Source: Octopus bimaculoides (Eukaryota). From it: a DNA stretch of 45,666 bases. Made by a program: the position numbers and the translations under genes. The stretch lies in assembly GCF_001194135.2 (NCBI RefSeq), contig NC_068999.1:47744532-47790197 (forward strand), in the 5' to 3' direction. Numbering within the stretch: the stretch's first letter is position 1; every line of letters starts with the position of its first letter. The notes beneath the pieces are model-generated. The model did not search any database and was not told where the DNA came from. It was given only the letters and a program-made list of their open reading frames with translations. Of the stretch, positions 11,761-25,647 are shown piece after piece.

Positions 11761-11927
11761 ATTAAAGATATAAGATGTACCTATATGTGTGTGTGTGTTT
11801 ATACGTTTGTCTTGGATATGATTTGAAATCGCGGGACGCTAGTTCGAAAGTTCCAGAGTTTTGAGCAGTACGGAACCACTTCTTAGTCACTAATGTTTCC
11901 AGATCTACTCTGACCCACAATAAGCCC

Positions 11928-12070
11928 CAGGGGCGGACTGAATGTATTAAGGGCTCTCGGGCATAACTGTTTACCGGGGCTCCTTTGAATGTGTGTTTTA
12001 GTAGAGTTAACATGTAGAGTGCAGGGCTCTCGGGCAGTACCTGATTGACCGACGGCTCAGTCCGCTCCTG
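11928..12070 (+). mobile_element. hAT-type MITE, copy 1
   Basis: TIRs CAGGGGCGGACTG / CAGTCCGCTCCTG; candidate 8-bp TSD ataagccc/gtaacacc (5/8). Confidence 0.65.
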
Positions 12071-12093
12071 GTAACACCTGTCAGGGTCTCAGT

Positions 12094-12231
12094 CAGGGGC
12101 AGACAGACCCGTCGGTCAATCGGGCACTACTCGAGGGCCCGCACTCTACATGTTAACTCTTCTAAATCAATGATAAGGGGCCCGGTAAACAGTTATGCCC
12201 GAGGGCCCTTAATACTCTCAGTCCGCCTCTG
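12094..12231 (-). mobile_element. hAT-type MITE, copy 2, inverted relative to copy 1
   Basis: TIRs CAGGGGCAGACAG / CAGTCCGCCTCTG; 8-bp TSD gtctcagt/gtcttagc (6/8). Confidence 0.7.
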
Positions 12232-13635
12232 GTCTTAGCTATGGGTTAATTAACATAGAGTTTGCCTAAATATACATGTGAAGACTAGATCCAGTGGGCT
12301 CTGTGGAAGAAACCTTCATGTTCCAATGGAGGTTGGGCGACTGCAGCAACGCATTGTGAAGTGTAGAGAGCAAGACTAAGCATCTCGGTCGTCTGCTGCA
12401 CCCGTCTCCGTCTTCAATCGTCTTCAATCATCTTGTCACCAGATTGAAGAAGGTCATGGACAAAAGAGTGAGGGTTGATAGTACGCAACACTTCTTCACT
12501 GTGCAAGTCATCAGTCACCCTTAAGGGTGACTAGACGGCCCTCGTAGCTCCGACTGACGAACGTGAGTGTGTATACGTACATTGCTCTACGTGGAACGAA
12601 TGAAAGAGGGGAATGCTCAATACATGTTGTAGAGGATATGGATTTTTTATCTTGTTCTTGAAATTGCTGAGAGTTTGTCTCGCGGCTCGAGTTTCACGAC
12701 ACTGCGATCTTCAGGCAAAACTGTTACAAATAAGCATTGGTGGTATATGTGTGTGTGTGGGTGTGTGTGTGTGTATGTTTAAGTATGTATGTATTCATTG
12801 GTGCACGCACGCGCGTGATCTAGTATTTGTGTTTGTTCATTGGGTAGTTTTTACGTGTTTTTCATTGGTTGTATGTGTTATATGTGTGGTATGATGTTTG
12901 TATTTTTGGCAATTGTAGGTGAGAGGAGGATGGGGTGGCATTAATTTGTCTATGGCTTGTTGGTGAGTTGATGGTGGGCGTTTTTGAGTATTTATTTAAT
13001 TCTGTTTTTGCTTGTGTGCGTTTATGTATGTAAGGTATTTTAGTTAAATGTTTTTGAATAGGTTTATTTGAAAAAATAATTAAGGGTGTGTTCTTCAGCT
13101 TTTATTTCTAATGAATGGTGCTTTTTATTGTTGAGTGATTTGGGGGTGATTGTTCTGTGAGGGTATCTGTTTTTTGTAAGATTTTTGTTTTGGACAAATA
13201 ACTCGTGTGATTGTCTGTGTGTGCGCGCGTTCGTGCATGCGCATGCTTGATTGTCTTTGTGTATATGTTTGTGAACGTGTGTGTGTTCGTGCGTGCATGC
13301 ACGCGCTCGTTTGTGTTTGTGTGTGTGTGTGTATGCGTGAGTTCGTATTTCTTTGGAAATTTGTTTATGATATATCTTGAAGGAAGCATATGTGTATGTA
13401 TGGTGTTGTCATGGGTAGACGGATGCATGAGTGCTGTTGTCTGATTCTGGGAAGTGGAGTTGTTCAGTCAGTGGTTAAGGGACAGAAGAAATAAAAACGC
13501 GGGGGGAGGGGGAGTGATGACGGTATTGGGGCTCGTGACTTGTGGTTGATATGTTTTTAATGAATGGTTGAAACTAGTTGTTTTAGGGATTGTAAACATG
13601 TTATTTGCGTTACTGGTATATAACCGTGTGTTTTG

Positions 13636-13666
<31 letters not shown>

Positions 13667-13690
13667 TGCGTGTGTATGTAAATTCTTTTA

Positions 13691-13885
13691 TTTGTTTCAG
13701 TCATTTTGACTGCGTCCATGCTGGAGCACTGCCTTTAGTCGAACAAATCGACCCCAGGACTTATTTTTGTGTAAGCCTAGTACATATTCTATCGGTTTCT
13801 TTTGCCGAACCACTAGTTAAGGGGACGTAAACACAACAACATCAGTTGCCAAGCGATGGTGGAGAGACAAACACAAACACACAAG

Positions 13886-13921
<36 letters not shown>

Positions 13922-14035
13922 NNNNNNNNNNTTGGTCGGCCCGAGGCTATAGTAGAAGGCACTTGCCCAAGGTGCCACGCAGTGGGACTGAACCGGGAAC
14001 CATGTGGTTGGTAAGCAAGCTACTTACTACACATT
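13691..14035 (-). mobile_element. SINE family A pieces (3' part, (AC)n, gap, 5' part)
   Basis: reverse complements of the family A head and of the tail (tttgtttcagtcatt…gaccccag). Confidence 0.75.
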
Positions 14036-14313
14036 CACTTCTATGCCTCGTTTATTTCTTCAAGAAAATATGTGTGTTTGTTTGTGTGTGTGTATGTGTG
14101 TGTGTGTGTGTGAATTTGTATTTCTTCAGGGAAACGTGTCTGTATGTGTGTGTATGGGTAGATGGGTGCATGTATTTAGTTGTTAAATAAAATGCGTGTG
14201 AGGTGGTGGTGGTCGTGGTTGGGAGTTTATGGGTGGGTTGGATATATTTTAGCGACTGGTATTTTTATGGCTGTACACGCACACACACACACGCATGTAT
14301 GTACAGACACATA

Positions 14314-15216
14314 CGAGGTACATTCCTGAAATTTTAAAACTCTTTTTTTTTAGGAGAGGCAATTATAACTGTCCTAGATAATTGTAATTTTAGTATATCA
14401 TTACTATACAGATAATAAGCTGACCTGCCAATGTTTGTTATTCCAGAGTAAAGGAAACAGCTACAACAGCGCCTGAACATACCCTCCTAAACAGTATTTG
14501 TCTCAACTGACTGATTTGCAGAATATATTTGGGACGTGAAGACAATTTGGAAGCTCGCTATGCAATAAAATTTTGTGATAATTTGGGCAAAAACGCTAGA
14601 GAAACTTATGAAATGCTCCAGACTGCTTAAGGTTTAACTTGTGTGAGCTGAGCATCTGTTTTTCGCTGGCACAAGAAGCCAGGCAAAGCAAGTCCACCCC
14701 AAAGCTCATGATGGTCCGCTTTTTCGACAGCGAGGCCATCATCTACATCCACTGGGTTTCTTCTAGACTGAAGGTAGCAAAGAATATTTGTAGAGGTTTT
14801 GAAGGAGTCCAGTAAGTGATTTGATTCCAGAGCTCCTCCACTCGGGTTCGTGGCATCTGCACCAATCCACAACTCCATCTTTGTAACCAACTATTTGACA
14901 GAGATGGGCATCGAAAGTGTCCCTCATCCTCCCTATGGCCAAGACCTTGTTTCTTGCGACTTTTGGTTGTTCCCCGAGCTGAAGAACCCCAGAAGCGGTC
15001 GTTTCGAAGACATTGAGATGAAGGAGGCTGTGACAATGGTCATGGATACTTTCACTTAGGAGAACTTCCATAGAATCTTCACGAAGTAGCTGGGGCGCTA
15101 CAACAAGTACATTGAAGTCAGAAGATCCTACTTTTAAGGGGATTAGAGTTCTATACTTCTTTGAAATTAATGACTGTCTCCCCTGAAAAAGTCTGAAAAC
15201 TCTGGAATGCACCTCG
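14314..15216 (+). mobile_element. mariner (Tc1/mariner) internally deleted relic
   Basis: TIRs CGAGGTACATTCC / GGAATGCACCTCG after TA; HTH remnant ARYAIKFCDNLGKNARETYEML; catalytic remnant PHPPYGQDLVSCDFWLFPELK (YSPDLAP.D-like). Confidence 0.9.
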
Positions 15217-15239
15217 TGTGTGCGTGCGCGTGTATAATG

Positions 15240-15272
<33 letters not shown>

Positions 15273-16745
15273 NNNNNNNNNNNNNNNNNNNNNNNNNNNN
15301 NNNNNNNNNNNNNNNNNNNNNNNNNNNNNNNNNNNNNNNNNNNNNNNNNNNNNNNNNNNNNNNNNNNNNNNNNNNNNNNNNNNNNNNNNNNNNNNNNNNN
15401 NNNNNNNNNNNNNNNNNNNNNNNNNNNNNNNNNNNNNNNNNNNNNNNNNNNNNNNNNNNNNNNNNNNNNNNNNNNNNNNNNNNNNNNNNNNNNNNNNNNN
15501 NNNNNNNNNNNNNNNNNNNNNNNNNNNNNNNNNNNNNNNNNNNNNNNNNNNNNNNNNNNNNNNNNNNNNNNNNNNNNNNNNNNNNNNNNNNNNNNNNNNN
15601 NNNNNNNNNNNNNNNNNNNNNNNNNNNNNNNNNNNNNNNNNNNNNNNNNNNNNNNNNNNNNNNNNNNNNNNNNNNNNNNNNNNNNNNNNNNNNNNNNNNN
15701 NNNNNNNNNNNNNNNNNNNNNNNNNNNNNNNNNNNNNNNNNNNNNNNNNNNNNNNNNNNNNNNNNNNNNNNNNNNNNNNNNNNNNNNNNNNNNNNNNNNN
15801 NNNNNNNNNNNNNNNNNNNNNNNNNNNNNNNNNNNNNNNNNNNNNNNNNNNNNNNNNNNNNNNNNNNNNNNNNNNNNNNNNNNNNNNNNNNNNNNNNNNN
15901 NTTAACATAATGAAGTCACTTCTCTATATTTGTCGATCGATAGTTAGAAGTAGCAGCCAAATCCTCAAATTACATTATCCCGCCGGAAAAAGAAAAGAAA
16001 AGAAAAAAGGGTAGTGGAAAGAACACACTGCAATATGTAATCCTAGCTAGGCCATGTTTGAATGCAGGAGAGGGAGTACTGGTGATTGGAACACTGTTGA
16101 CCATTGTTCTGCTTAGTCAGTGTTGCCGCGGTCTGTATGTTGCTGGTCTGGTCTTGTGGCGGTGACTAATTGAGTAAATGAATCCAAAAATATTTCTTAG
16201 GTGGCTGCATGTAGAAATAACTGAACGACACCCGCGAACAATTGAGCAGAAGATTTTATTATCGCACATAAAGAGAAACTGCGTTGGTCTTTTACGGATA
16301 GTAACGGCAATAATTAGATAACTGGAAGAGATACTGCTTGGAGCTTACGGCAAGCTACTGATACGGCAACATGCGTCTTGCCGTACAAAACTGGAAATAA
16401 TTGTGCTAAATTCTTGGCGACAGAGGTTCTTGTCATCTATCTGTGTCATATGTCTTAGCCACCTTCCCTGGTCATTTGGCTGTAAAGATGTGTGCCGTCT
16501 GGTGTAGCAAGAACCGAGACACATATTGCTCAGCTGGCTCAACTTTCTGCTATTAATCATCGCCCAAAACGGCCTTTTTTTAGGCCACAAGAAGATTCTC
16601 GAATTACGCGATGACTTGACGCCGATTGGTTGTTTAGTGGACCTATCACAATTGTGGTTCAGTCATGATGTCTGACCAGTTACTTAGTGGTTCGGTTTCG
16701 AATCAGCGCTACAGGGTTGACCTAGGGTTAAACAACAATAGTTAT

Positions 16746-16910
16746 AGGCTTCGCTTGGCTGTGTGGCTAAGAAGTTTGTATCTTAACCTCACGGTTTTGG
16801 GTTCGGTCCCACTGTGTGGCACCTTGAGCAACTGTCTTCTACTACAGCTCCGAGCTGACCATAGCCTTGTGCCTGGGTTTAGTAGATGTAAACCGAAAGA
16901 AGACCGTTGT
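16746..16910 (+). mobile_element. SINE family A
   Basis: ggctgtgtgg…gggttcggtcccactgtgtggcaccttg. Confidence 0.75.
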
Positions 16911-17888
16911 ACACATACACACTCACTCACTCACTCTCGCACGCACACACACACACACTGATTGATAAGCGTCTAATCATTAAAGCGAAAAAATTATCGG
17001 AAATGTCATTTGTATTTGTATGTTTACATCTCCAACCGAGTGATTACTGTAAATGAATGTCATTCATTTCTAACATTCTGCAAAAACATGTCAGGCCACG
17101 AGAGAACATTACCTTGCTTGGAGACATGTAAGTGTTGGCTACAGCAAGGGCATCTGGCCGGTAAAAATCTGCCTCAGTAAAGTCTGTTCGATGCATGCAA
17201 GCATGGAAAAGTCGACGTTAAATCGATGATGTGAACTGAGATTTTCTATCAAGTCAATAGTTAAAAGGGAAACGTATTTTCCTGTTACACCGCTGGAATT
17301 TATTGATCCCATTTAACGTGGCATTCACTGTTTATTGCTCTGTAACTTCCTAATTCGATTTGTGCCTCTCGAATCTCCTGGGTGAGTTTGAGAACTTTTT
17401 ATTCAAACGTATGAAAACACATTTATCTTCTACAGTAATTTTTAAGTTTTACATTAATTATGTTTTAACTTCTGAACGTATATTTATATTAATGTTATTT
17501 TAAATTTATTCACTCAGACTAAGAGCTTCAACATTTGTTTTTAAATATAAAATATTTTATATAAGAACGGCTGTCATTCTAACCATTGTGGTTCTCATGA
17601 TATTTTAACTACAAGAATTACTTTCTGTAACTTCTATCGGCGGAATCTCTGCTGGCGGAAAGAAATAAAAGGACTTAAATTTTACATAAAATCTATATAT
17701 ATTGTTTTAACTTTTAATAATTCAAACCGTCGCTCACCTCAAATTTTGATGATGATTTCTTTTACAGCCACGTAAAAGAAAACATCAAACTATCCAGTGT
17801 TGCCACGAATTTTCAAACTTTCTCTTTCATAGGTGAAGGTAAGCGCTAAAATACTTTGTTCCAGTGGCTAATGCGATTCTGCATTAGC

Positions 17889-17890
<2 letters not shown>

Positions 17891-17948
<58 letters not shown>
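17891..17948. repeat. (AT)n microsatellite upstream of GFUS
   Basis: direct reading. Confidence 0.95.
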
Positions 17949-17952
<4 letters not shown>

Positions 17953-18467
17953 CTTAAGAAAGCTTAGATTTGTATTTGCCCAAATATCTTTCGTACGTTG
18001 TATGTTGACAATTATGAGGTTTAAGATATATAGCGGCCAGTTTTGTAAGACGTTGACTGCTGTTGACATATCCCAGTAAAACAGTACTATAGGGATTGAA
18101 TCGATCCTGTAGACGTTGGAGAACCATTGAAAACTTTCACGTAAACCCAGGATACTTCCGCTAGGCGGAACCTTATTGTTTTTCAACTCATCACGGCAAA
18201 ATAACGAAATTTTCGTCTATTACTCAGTAATCGGGTCGCAGCAGCGCACATTATCTACCTGACTATTTGGGAGTTGGCCATTGTCACAGCGCGCACAATA
18301 CCATTAGATCAAACCAGCTGCCACATATACGTAAATATAAAAGGCTGCTACTTCTAACTATCGATCGACAGTTAGAATTTGGTGCCAAAAATGGGCATCG
18401 CAAGGATTTATCAGCAGTTGTTTGCAAATGTTCACATGTTGTTGATCCTAGTCATTAGGATCCATAA

Positions 18468-18692
<225 letters not shown>

Positions 18693-18995
18693 TAAGTATC
18701 ATTATTCCCAACTTTGTCATTCAAATAATAATATTTAATTATTGTTGTTGTTGTATTTGTGTTGTTAATGATATGTAATCCTAATCCAGTTAAAAGTATC
18801 GCCTGCCTGAAGCTAAGTCAGAACACTAATCTCCTTTTCAACTGAGATTTTGAATAAATGTTTTTTATAGGCACAGGCATGGCTGTTTGGTAAGACATTT
18901 GCTTCTTAACCCGATTCTTCTGAGCACAGTCTCACCAAGACTTGGTGAATGGATTCGGTAGACAGAAACTGAAAGCCCATTGTATATATGCATGA

Positions 18996-19035
<40 letters not shown>

Positions 19036-19606
19036 CACATACACACACTTATATGCCTATATGCAATGAACTCTCAGTTTCTGTCTACCAAAGGCAGGGA
19101 TATATATATATATATATATATGTGTATATGTATATATACACACATATATATATACATGTGTGTGTGTGTGTGTATCTCCCTGCTTTGACATTACGTGATA
19201 GTTATAAGTGACCGTCACTGACAAGCAAGTGGCATCCTTCATTTGCAAGCTTCTGAAATCTGTCTGGCCATGAGGAAATTATTAACCTTGCTTGGAAACA
19301 AGTGAGGGTTGGCAACAGGAAGGGCATCGAACTTAATCCCTCCCACTAAATTTCCAGCCTTGTGCCTATATTAGAAAAGATTATTAAGCTTAGTATATGG
19401 CAGCAAGCTGACAGATTAATTACCATACCTGACAAAATGTTGCTAAGTGTTTTGTTCCATCTTTATGTCCTGAGTTGGGGTCCAGAAGCTGGGATCAACT
19501 TTGCCTTTCATCCTTTTACGGTTGATGAAATAAATGCCAGTTGAATAATGGGGGTCAGTGTAAATGGTTAGCCCTCTCCCCCAAATTCCAGTCCCTGTGT
19601 TTATAG

Positions 19607-19897
<291 letters not shown>

Positions 19898-20599
19898 TGA
19901 TTTATGATTTTATATAACTTCAGGAACTTCAGCTTCTTAAGCACTACACATAAACATCAATTTTTTTTTTTCAATTGGTCATTTCTTTTAACTCTTTTGT
20001 TACCATAATTCTGTTCCAGATGTCCAGCTCTAGTCAAACTGTCCAGCTCATGCCAGCATAGAAAACGGACGTTAAATGATGATGATGATAATGAAAAGAT
20101 TACTGTAGAGTTAATTTAACCTTCTAGCCTTCAAATTACTCTGTCAAATGTAATGTTTATTTATTTACATTGCTTGGAATTAATCATACATTATCTTGTA
20201 GCTTTGAGATTTCAATGATATGATTATGTATTTTTAGAATGACATAGCAGGTTAGGTGTGAGAAGCTGGATCTAGCTGGTTTAAACATGAAACAGGTAGA
20301 ATATTTGGGTTGGATATGGCCAATTTAAATACTAAAGGGTTAATAGTAAATTGTTGTTAGATATTAAAATTGTTTAACCCTTCAGCATTCAAATTATTCT
20401 GTCAAATGTAATGCTTAATTATTCACAGTGACTTTTAATTAATCTTGCATTAACTTGCAGCTTCACGATTTTGATGATGTGAATGTATATGTTTAGAATG
20501 ATACTGTAGGGTAGGTATGCAATGCCAGATCTGGCCTGTTTGACCATAAAACAGATTAGAGTTGGATATGGGTGGTTTAAATGCTAAACGGTTAATTAA

Positions 20600-21305
<706 letters not shown>

Positions 21306-21497
21306 CAAACCAAGCCTCATCATAAGTCTGAAGTATTTAATCTTACTAACTCTATTATAAATTTCAATATATTTTGACACTGTCTACCGTCTTTTTAGAT
21401 GCAATCTGACATTTTATTTAACCATTTCTACTGAAGTTGGTAGCATTTTCTTTGAGACCCAAAGTCTGTTTACCCTTCCCATCAGTCTTCAATCTAA

Positions 21498-21602
<105 letters not shown>

Positions 21603-22108
21603 TGAAAAATATTTCAATTTCTTTTAAATAAACTTTGAGACTTGAAGTTATAACATTGTCTTACCATGTAATGGTAACATTTAGGAAACCTTTTTCTCTT
21701 TTATTCATAGAACATCCAAAATATCAAAGATAAGATTAGTTTGTTAGATAATCCTTTCTACCTTTAAATTTGTTGGGTGGTGGGGAAATACTTGATTAAA
21801 TTAACTGTGGTGCACTACTTATTTTACCAATCCTGAATGGATGAATGGTAAAGTGAATCCTGGTGAGATTCAAACTCAGAACACAAGCGTTGTATTTCAA
21901 TATGGCAAGGCATTTAGTTCAAATTTCTGATTTATTGTTTCCATTATTTTTTAATTACAACAAAGCATTCCTTGACACTAATAATAAACACGAAGCTCTT
22001 GCTTGATGTGTAACCATACAAGCATTTATAGTACAGACAACTGGAGTCAACACAGTTGCTCTGCTTCACTCTTCGCTAATTAGTTTTGCACCTAATTAAT
22101 GTTAAAAG

Positions 22109-22309
22109 TAGGGCGATGAGCTGGCAGAATCATTAGCACTTCAGGCAGAATTTTGTCCGTCCTTAATTTCTGAGTTCAACTTCTGCCAAGTTTGAATTTG
22201 CTTTTTATCCTTTCAGGGCAATAAAATAAGTAACAGTGGAACACTGGGGTCGATGTAATCGACTTACCCCCTCCCCCGGAATTGCCGGCCTTGTGCCAGA
22301 ATTTGAAAT
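22109..22309 (+). mobile_element. tRNA-related SINE (family B, GAGCTGGCAGAATCGTTAG head) in GFUS intron 4
   Basis: flanked by a perfect 16-bp TSD TAATTAATGTTAAAAG (22093-22108 and 22310-22325). Confidence 0.85.
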
Positions 22310-22799
22310 TAATTAATGTTAAAAGCAGCCAGTAGCAATGGAATTGTTGCAGTCAACTTCTTTGTTCACTATTGTCTTGGTTTGTCCTGTGGCTTTATTC
22401 TACTGTTTTCACCCGAATAATTATCCCTAATGTATTTATATTAATCTAATCAGCAATTTACTAAAACAATAAACAAAAACAAAAGAGATTTCAAACTAAA
22501 TATCAATGTTAGAGTAATACAGATAACGAAGTGTAAAAGTTGAAAAAAAAAAAAAAAAAATGACTGAAAGTAAATCAAGGGAGATCACTCTACAATATGT
22601 TCTGTGTTTATTTTTTCCCAGCGAATAGCTTCCTTACTTTGACTCTGTTATCCATAAATTCCTCTTCTTGGTAGTCTTTCGAGTATGAGAAAAACGATTC
22701 TGCAACTTCCTGCAGCACAAATGATTTGTTCTTAGTGATTAACTGTTTGAGTACATAGCTTTTTTCCCCCTTCATCAAATCAACATTATCTGTACTCAC

Positions 22800-22940
22800 T
22801 CACTCTGTGCCACATGTCAGATGTCAAAGTGCAACGTGATCGCAGAGCAATGTAAAATGAATTGTTCTGCCTAGTCTGGGAATCGAAAGCACAATCTTGT
22901 GATTGTAAGTGCTACACCTTAACCACTTAGTCATGCACAC
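22800..22940 (-). mobile_element. tRNA-derived SINE head
   Basis: reverse strand reads tgactaagtggttaagg…tgtgctttcgattcccag (A- and B-box-like). Confidence 0.5.
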
Positions 22941-23244
22941 ATAAATTAAGTAGCAGTAAATATATAATGAACTAGGAGTTTAAGAGGCTGGGCAACATTT
23001 TCCTCCTTGTGAGATTATTGTAGACTATGCTGATGTTGTTCAATAGACTGAAATATGTTCATTGTTATCTCCCCCACCACACTTGCCTGTGGACAGCCGG
23101 CAAGGGGTGGGGGCACCAATAATCAGTTTATGATTTAATTATGGAGAGATTAATTCATAATCTTTAAATTATCTCCCCTTTTCTTGGATGTTGCTAGCAA
23201 TGCCTGCTGTGGTCCTTATATTAACGTTTCGTGTAATAATCCTT

Positions 23245-23456
23245 TATAATTTTGGAACAAGGCCAGCAATTTTAGGGAAAGGGATTGGCTGATTGCATCA
23301 ACCCCAATGCACAACTGGTACTTATTTCATTGATCCTGAAAGGATGAAAAACAAAGTCAACCTTGGCAGAATTTGAACCCTGAACGTAAAGAGCCGGAAG
23401 AAATACCATTAAGCATTTCGTCTGCACGCTAACAGTTATACCAGCTCACTGTCTTA
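23245..23456 (-). mobile_element. SINE family B, antisense, GFUS intron 4
   Basis: reverse complement of the family B body (gaaaggatgaaaaacaaagtcaacc…gaatttgaac). Confidence 0.75.
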
Positions 23457-23985
23457 ACCCTACACCACTGCATTCCAAATACTAGTTGTAGCTTTACACA
23501 CACCTTGACCAAATTGTAAATATGTAAAGAAGAGTAATTCTTGTTAGATTTGTTAGCCCAGACTACCTTTGACTGATGAGGCACAATGATGTCAAAACAC
23601 GGTGTTCCAGAGTCCCTTGCATGAATGAAGCAAAAGTGTTATGAATACACATTTGTCATAAAAGATACGTTGGTTTCCCATGATGAAACAACAGCAATTA
23701 GCATATTCAGATTCACATTTGCCAGAAAGTATGTATTTAGTATAAACACTCAAGTTACCATTTTGATTTTGGTTCTCCTTGTTCACCATGCATATGACGA
23801 TTTGTTAGGATTCAATATAATTTACCTTTTGTTCATTCTGACTCACACCACTTTACATTTTTTTTTTTTTTGATATATTTATTGATTCCTGCTAATTTAT
23901 TACAAAATGTAAAACACCTTTTTGAAATATTTAAATTTGTGTTTTAAATGCTATAGTTTTGTAATAAGGTTTTTATTTTGTGTAA

Positions 23986-24162
<177 letters not shown>

Positions 24163-24228
24163 TAAAGGTTTTAATTATCAGAATAATATGTTGTGCTGAT
24201 AATTGTTTTCAAATCCTACGCATACAGA

Positions 24229-24595
24229 CACAGGCGTGACTGTGTGGTAAGAAGCTTGCTTGCTAAGCATGTGGTCTTGGGTTCAGTCCCACTGCATGGC
24301 ATCTTGTGTCTTCTATCACAGCCCTGGGCCAACCAAAGAATTGTGAGTGAATTTGGTTGATGGAAACTTAAAGAAGCCCATCTTTTATGTTTTACTTGTT
24401 TCAGTCATTGGACTGTGGCCATGCTGGGGCACCGCCTTGAAAAGTCTAGTCAAACAAATAGACTCTAGTACTTATTTTTTAAAGCCTGGTACTTATTCTG
24501 TTGGTCTCTTTTGCTGAACTGCTAAGTAACAAGGACATAAACAAACCACCACTGGTTGTCAACTGGTGGTGGGGAACAAATCAAACACAAAGATA
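24229..24595. mobile_element. SINE family A cluster in GFUS intron 5 (sense 5' part plus antisense 3' part)
   Basis: ggcgtgactgtgtggtaagaag head; ttgtttcagtcattggactgtggccatgctgg antisense tail. Confidence 0.75.
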
Positions 24596-24910
24596 CGCAC
24601 ATAGTTTTATATATATATAAAAAAATTTCCAGTATTCAAGAGAATCAGGTATTTAAATAGTGAAAGCACGAAAGTTGGGTTGGTGATAACGCTATCGTGT
24701 ACAAACGATGTATAACTACGAATATGTACTCACTAAAGTAAATACTCTCTCACTGAATTCGAGTTGGCAGAGTCATCTGGCATGATGTGCTACTTGTTCT
24801 TGAGAAGTTCTAATTGTTAATTCTTACCTGTATTCATCTGATGGAAAAGGGTTTTTTTTCCATGATGTAACACTTCTGTTCATCAATAAAAAACACGTCT
24901 GGAACAGCTG

Positions 24911-24951
<41 letters not shown>

Positions 24952-25126
24952 GTTTTTTCCAGTTCCGAAATTTTCAATGCTTTCTCTATAAATAAAATTT
25001 ATCATACACTCTGGTCTCCTTGGCAAAAGCTACAGTTATCGCCCTTGAACTTTAAAGCTTTTACTGAATGACAGTCTTTTAATAAAACTGTTCTTGGCAG
25101 TGTTACCTTTCTCTACATAACAGTAA

Positions 25127-25603
25127 TGTGTATACATTATTTACATTTGATGGATATTTGTCCTCATCTTGTTTATTGTTAACACAATGTTTCGGCTGAT
25201 ATACCCTCCAGTCTTCTTCAGGTGTCTTGGGNNNNNNNNNNTTTCGGCTGATATACCCTCCAGTCTTCTTCAGGTGTCTTGGGGAAATTTCGAACCTGGG
25301 TCCTCATTCCTAAGGTATTTTTCGATGTTGTTATTATTATTGTTATTGTTCAGGTCATTGCTTGGAATCGAACTTGGAATCTTGGGATTAGTAGCCTGCG
25401 CTCTTAACCACTACGCCATATGCCCGTGGGCAATTATGGAGTGAATTTTAGGGCTTATAAATCTAATATTTTTTTCTATCCTTCCTCAATATAAGCCCTA
25501 AAATTCACTCCATAATTGCCCACGGGCATATGGCATAGTGGTTAAGAGTGCGGGCTACTAACCCCAAGATCCCGGGTTTGATTCCAAGCAGTGACCTGAA
25601 TAC

Positions 25604-25647
<44 letters not shown>

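Noticed and set aside
12481-12514. CTGATGA on the minus strand as a hammerhead
   Set aside because: No GAAA box or stem II follows.
14763-16014. Long ORFs (230-381 aa) in the track
   Set aside because: They are mostly X residues from the 15273-15901 N-gap plus (AT)n.
16345-16640. 81-aa minus-strand ORF with nearby CCAAT/TGACG and a tacggcaa hairpin
   Set aside because: No homology, splice or codon evidence; motifs too short to support a call.
17884-18186. 100-aa minus-strand ORF upstream of GFUS
   Set aside because: Ends in (AT)n; no recognisable domain.
25232-25290. Apparent tandem duplication of the hammerhead region in the left arm (which would allow a dimer)
   Set aside because: The two copies are identical and separated by a 10-N gap, typical of an unmerged contig overlap, so this is not evidence of a real tandem hammerhead.
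25524-25596. Functional tRNA-Ser gene
   Set aside because: Mismatched stems, embedded in a repeated fold-back element; treated as a tRNA-derived head.
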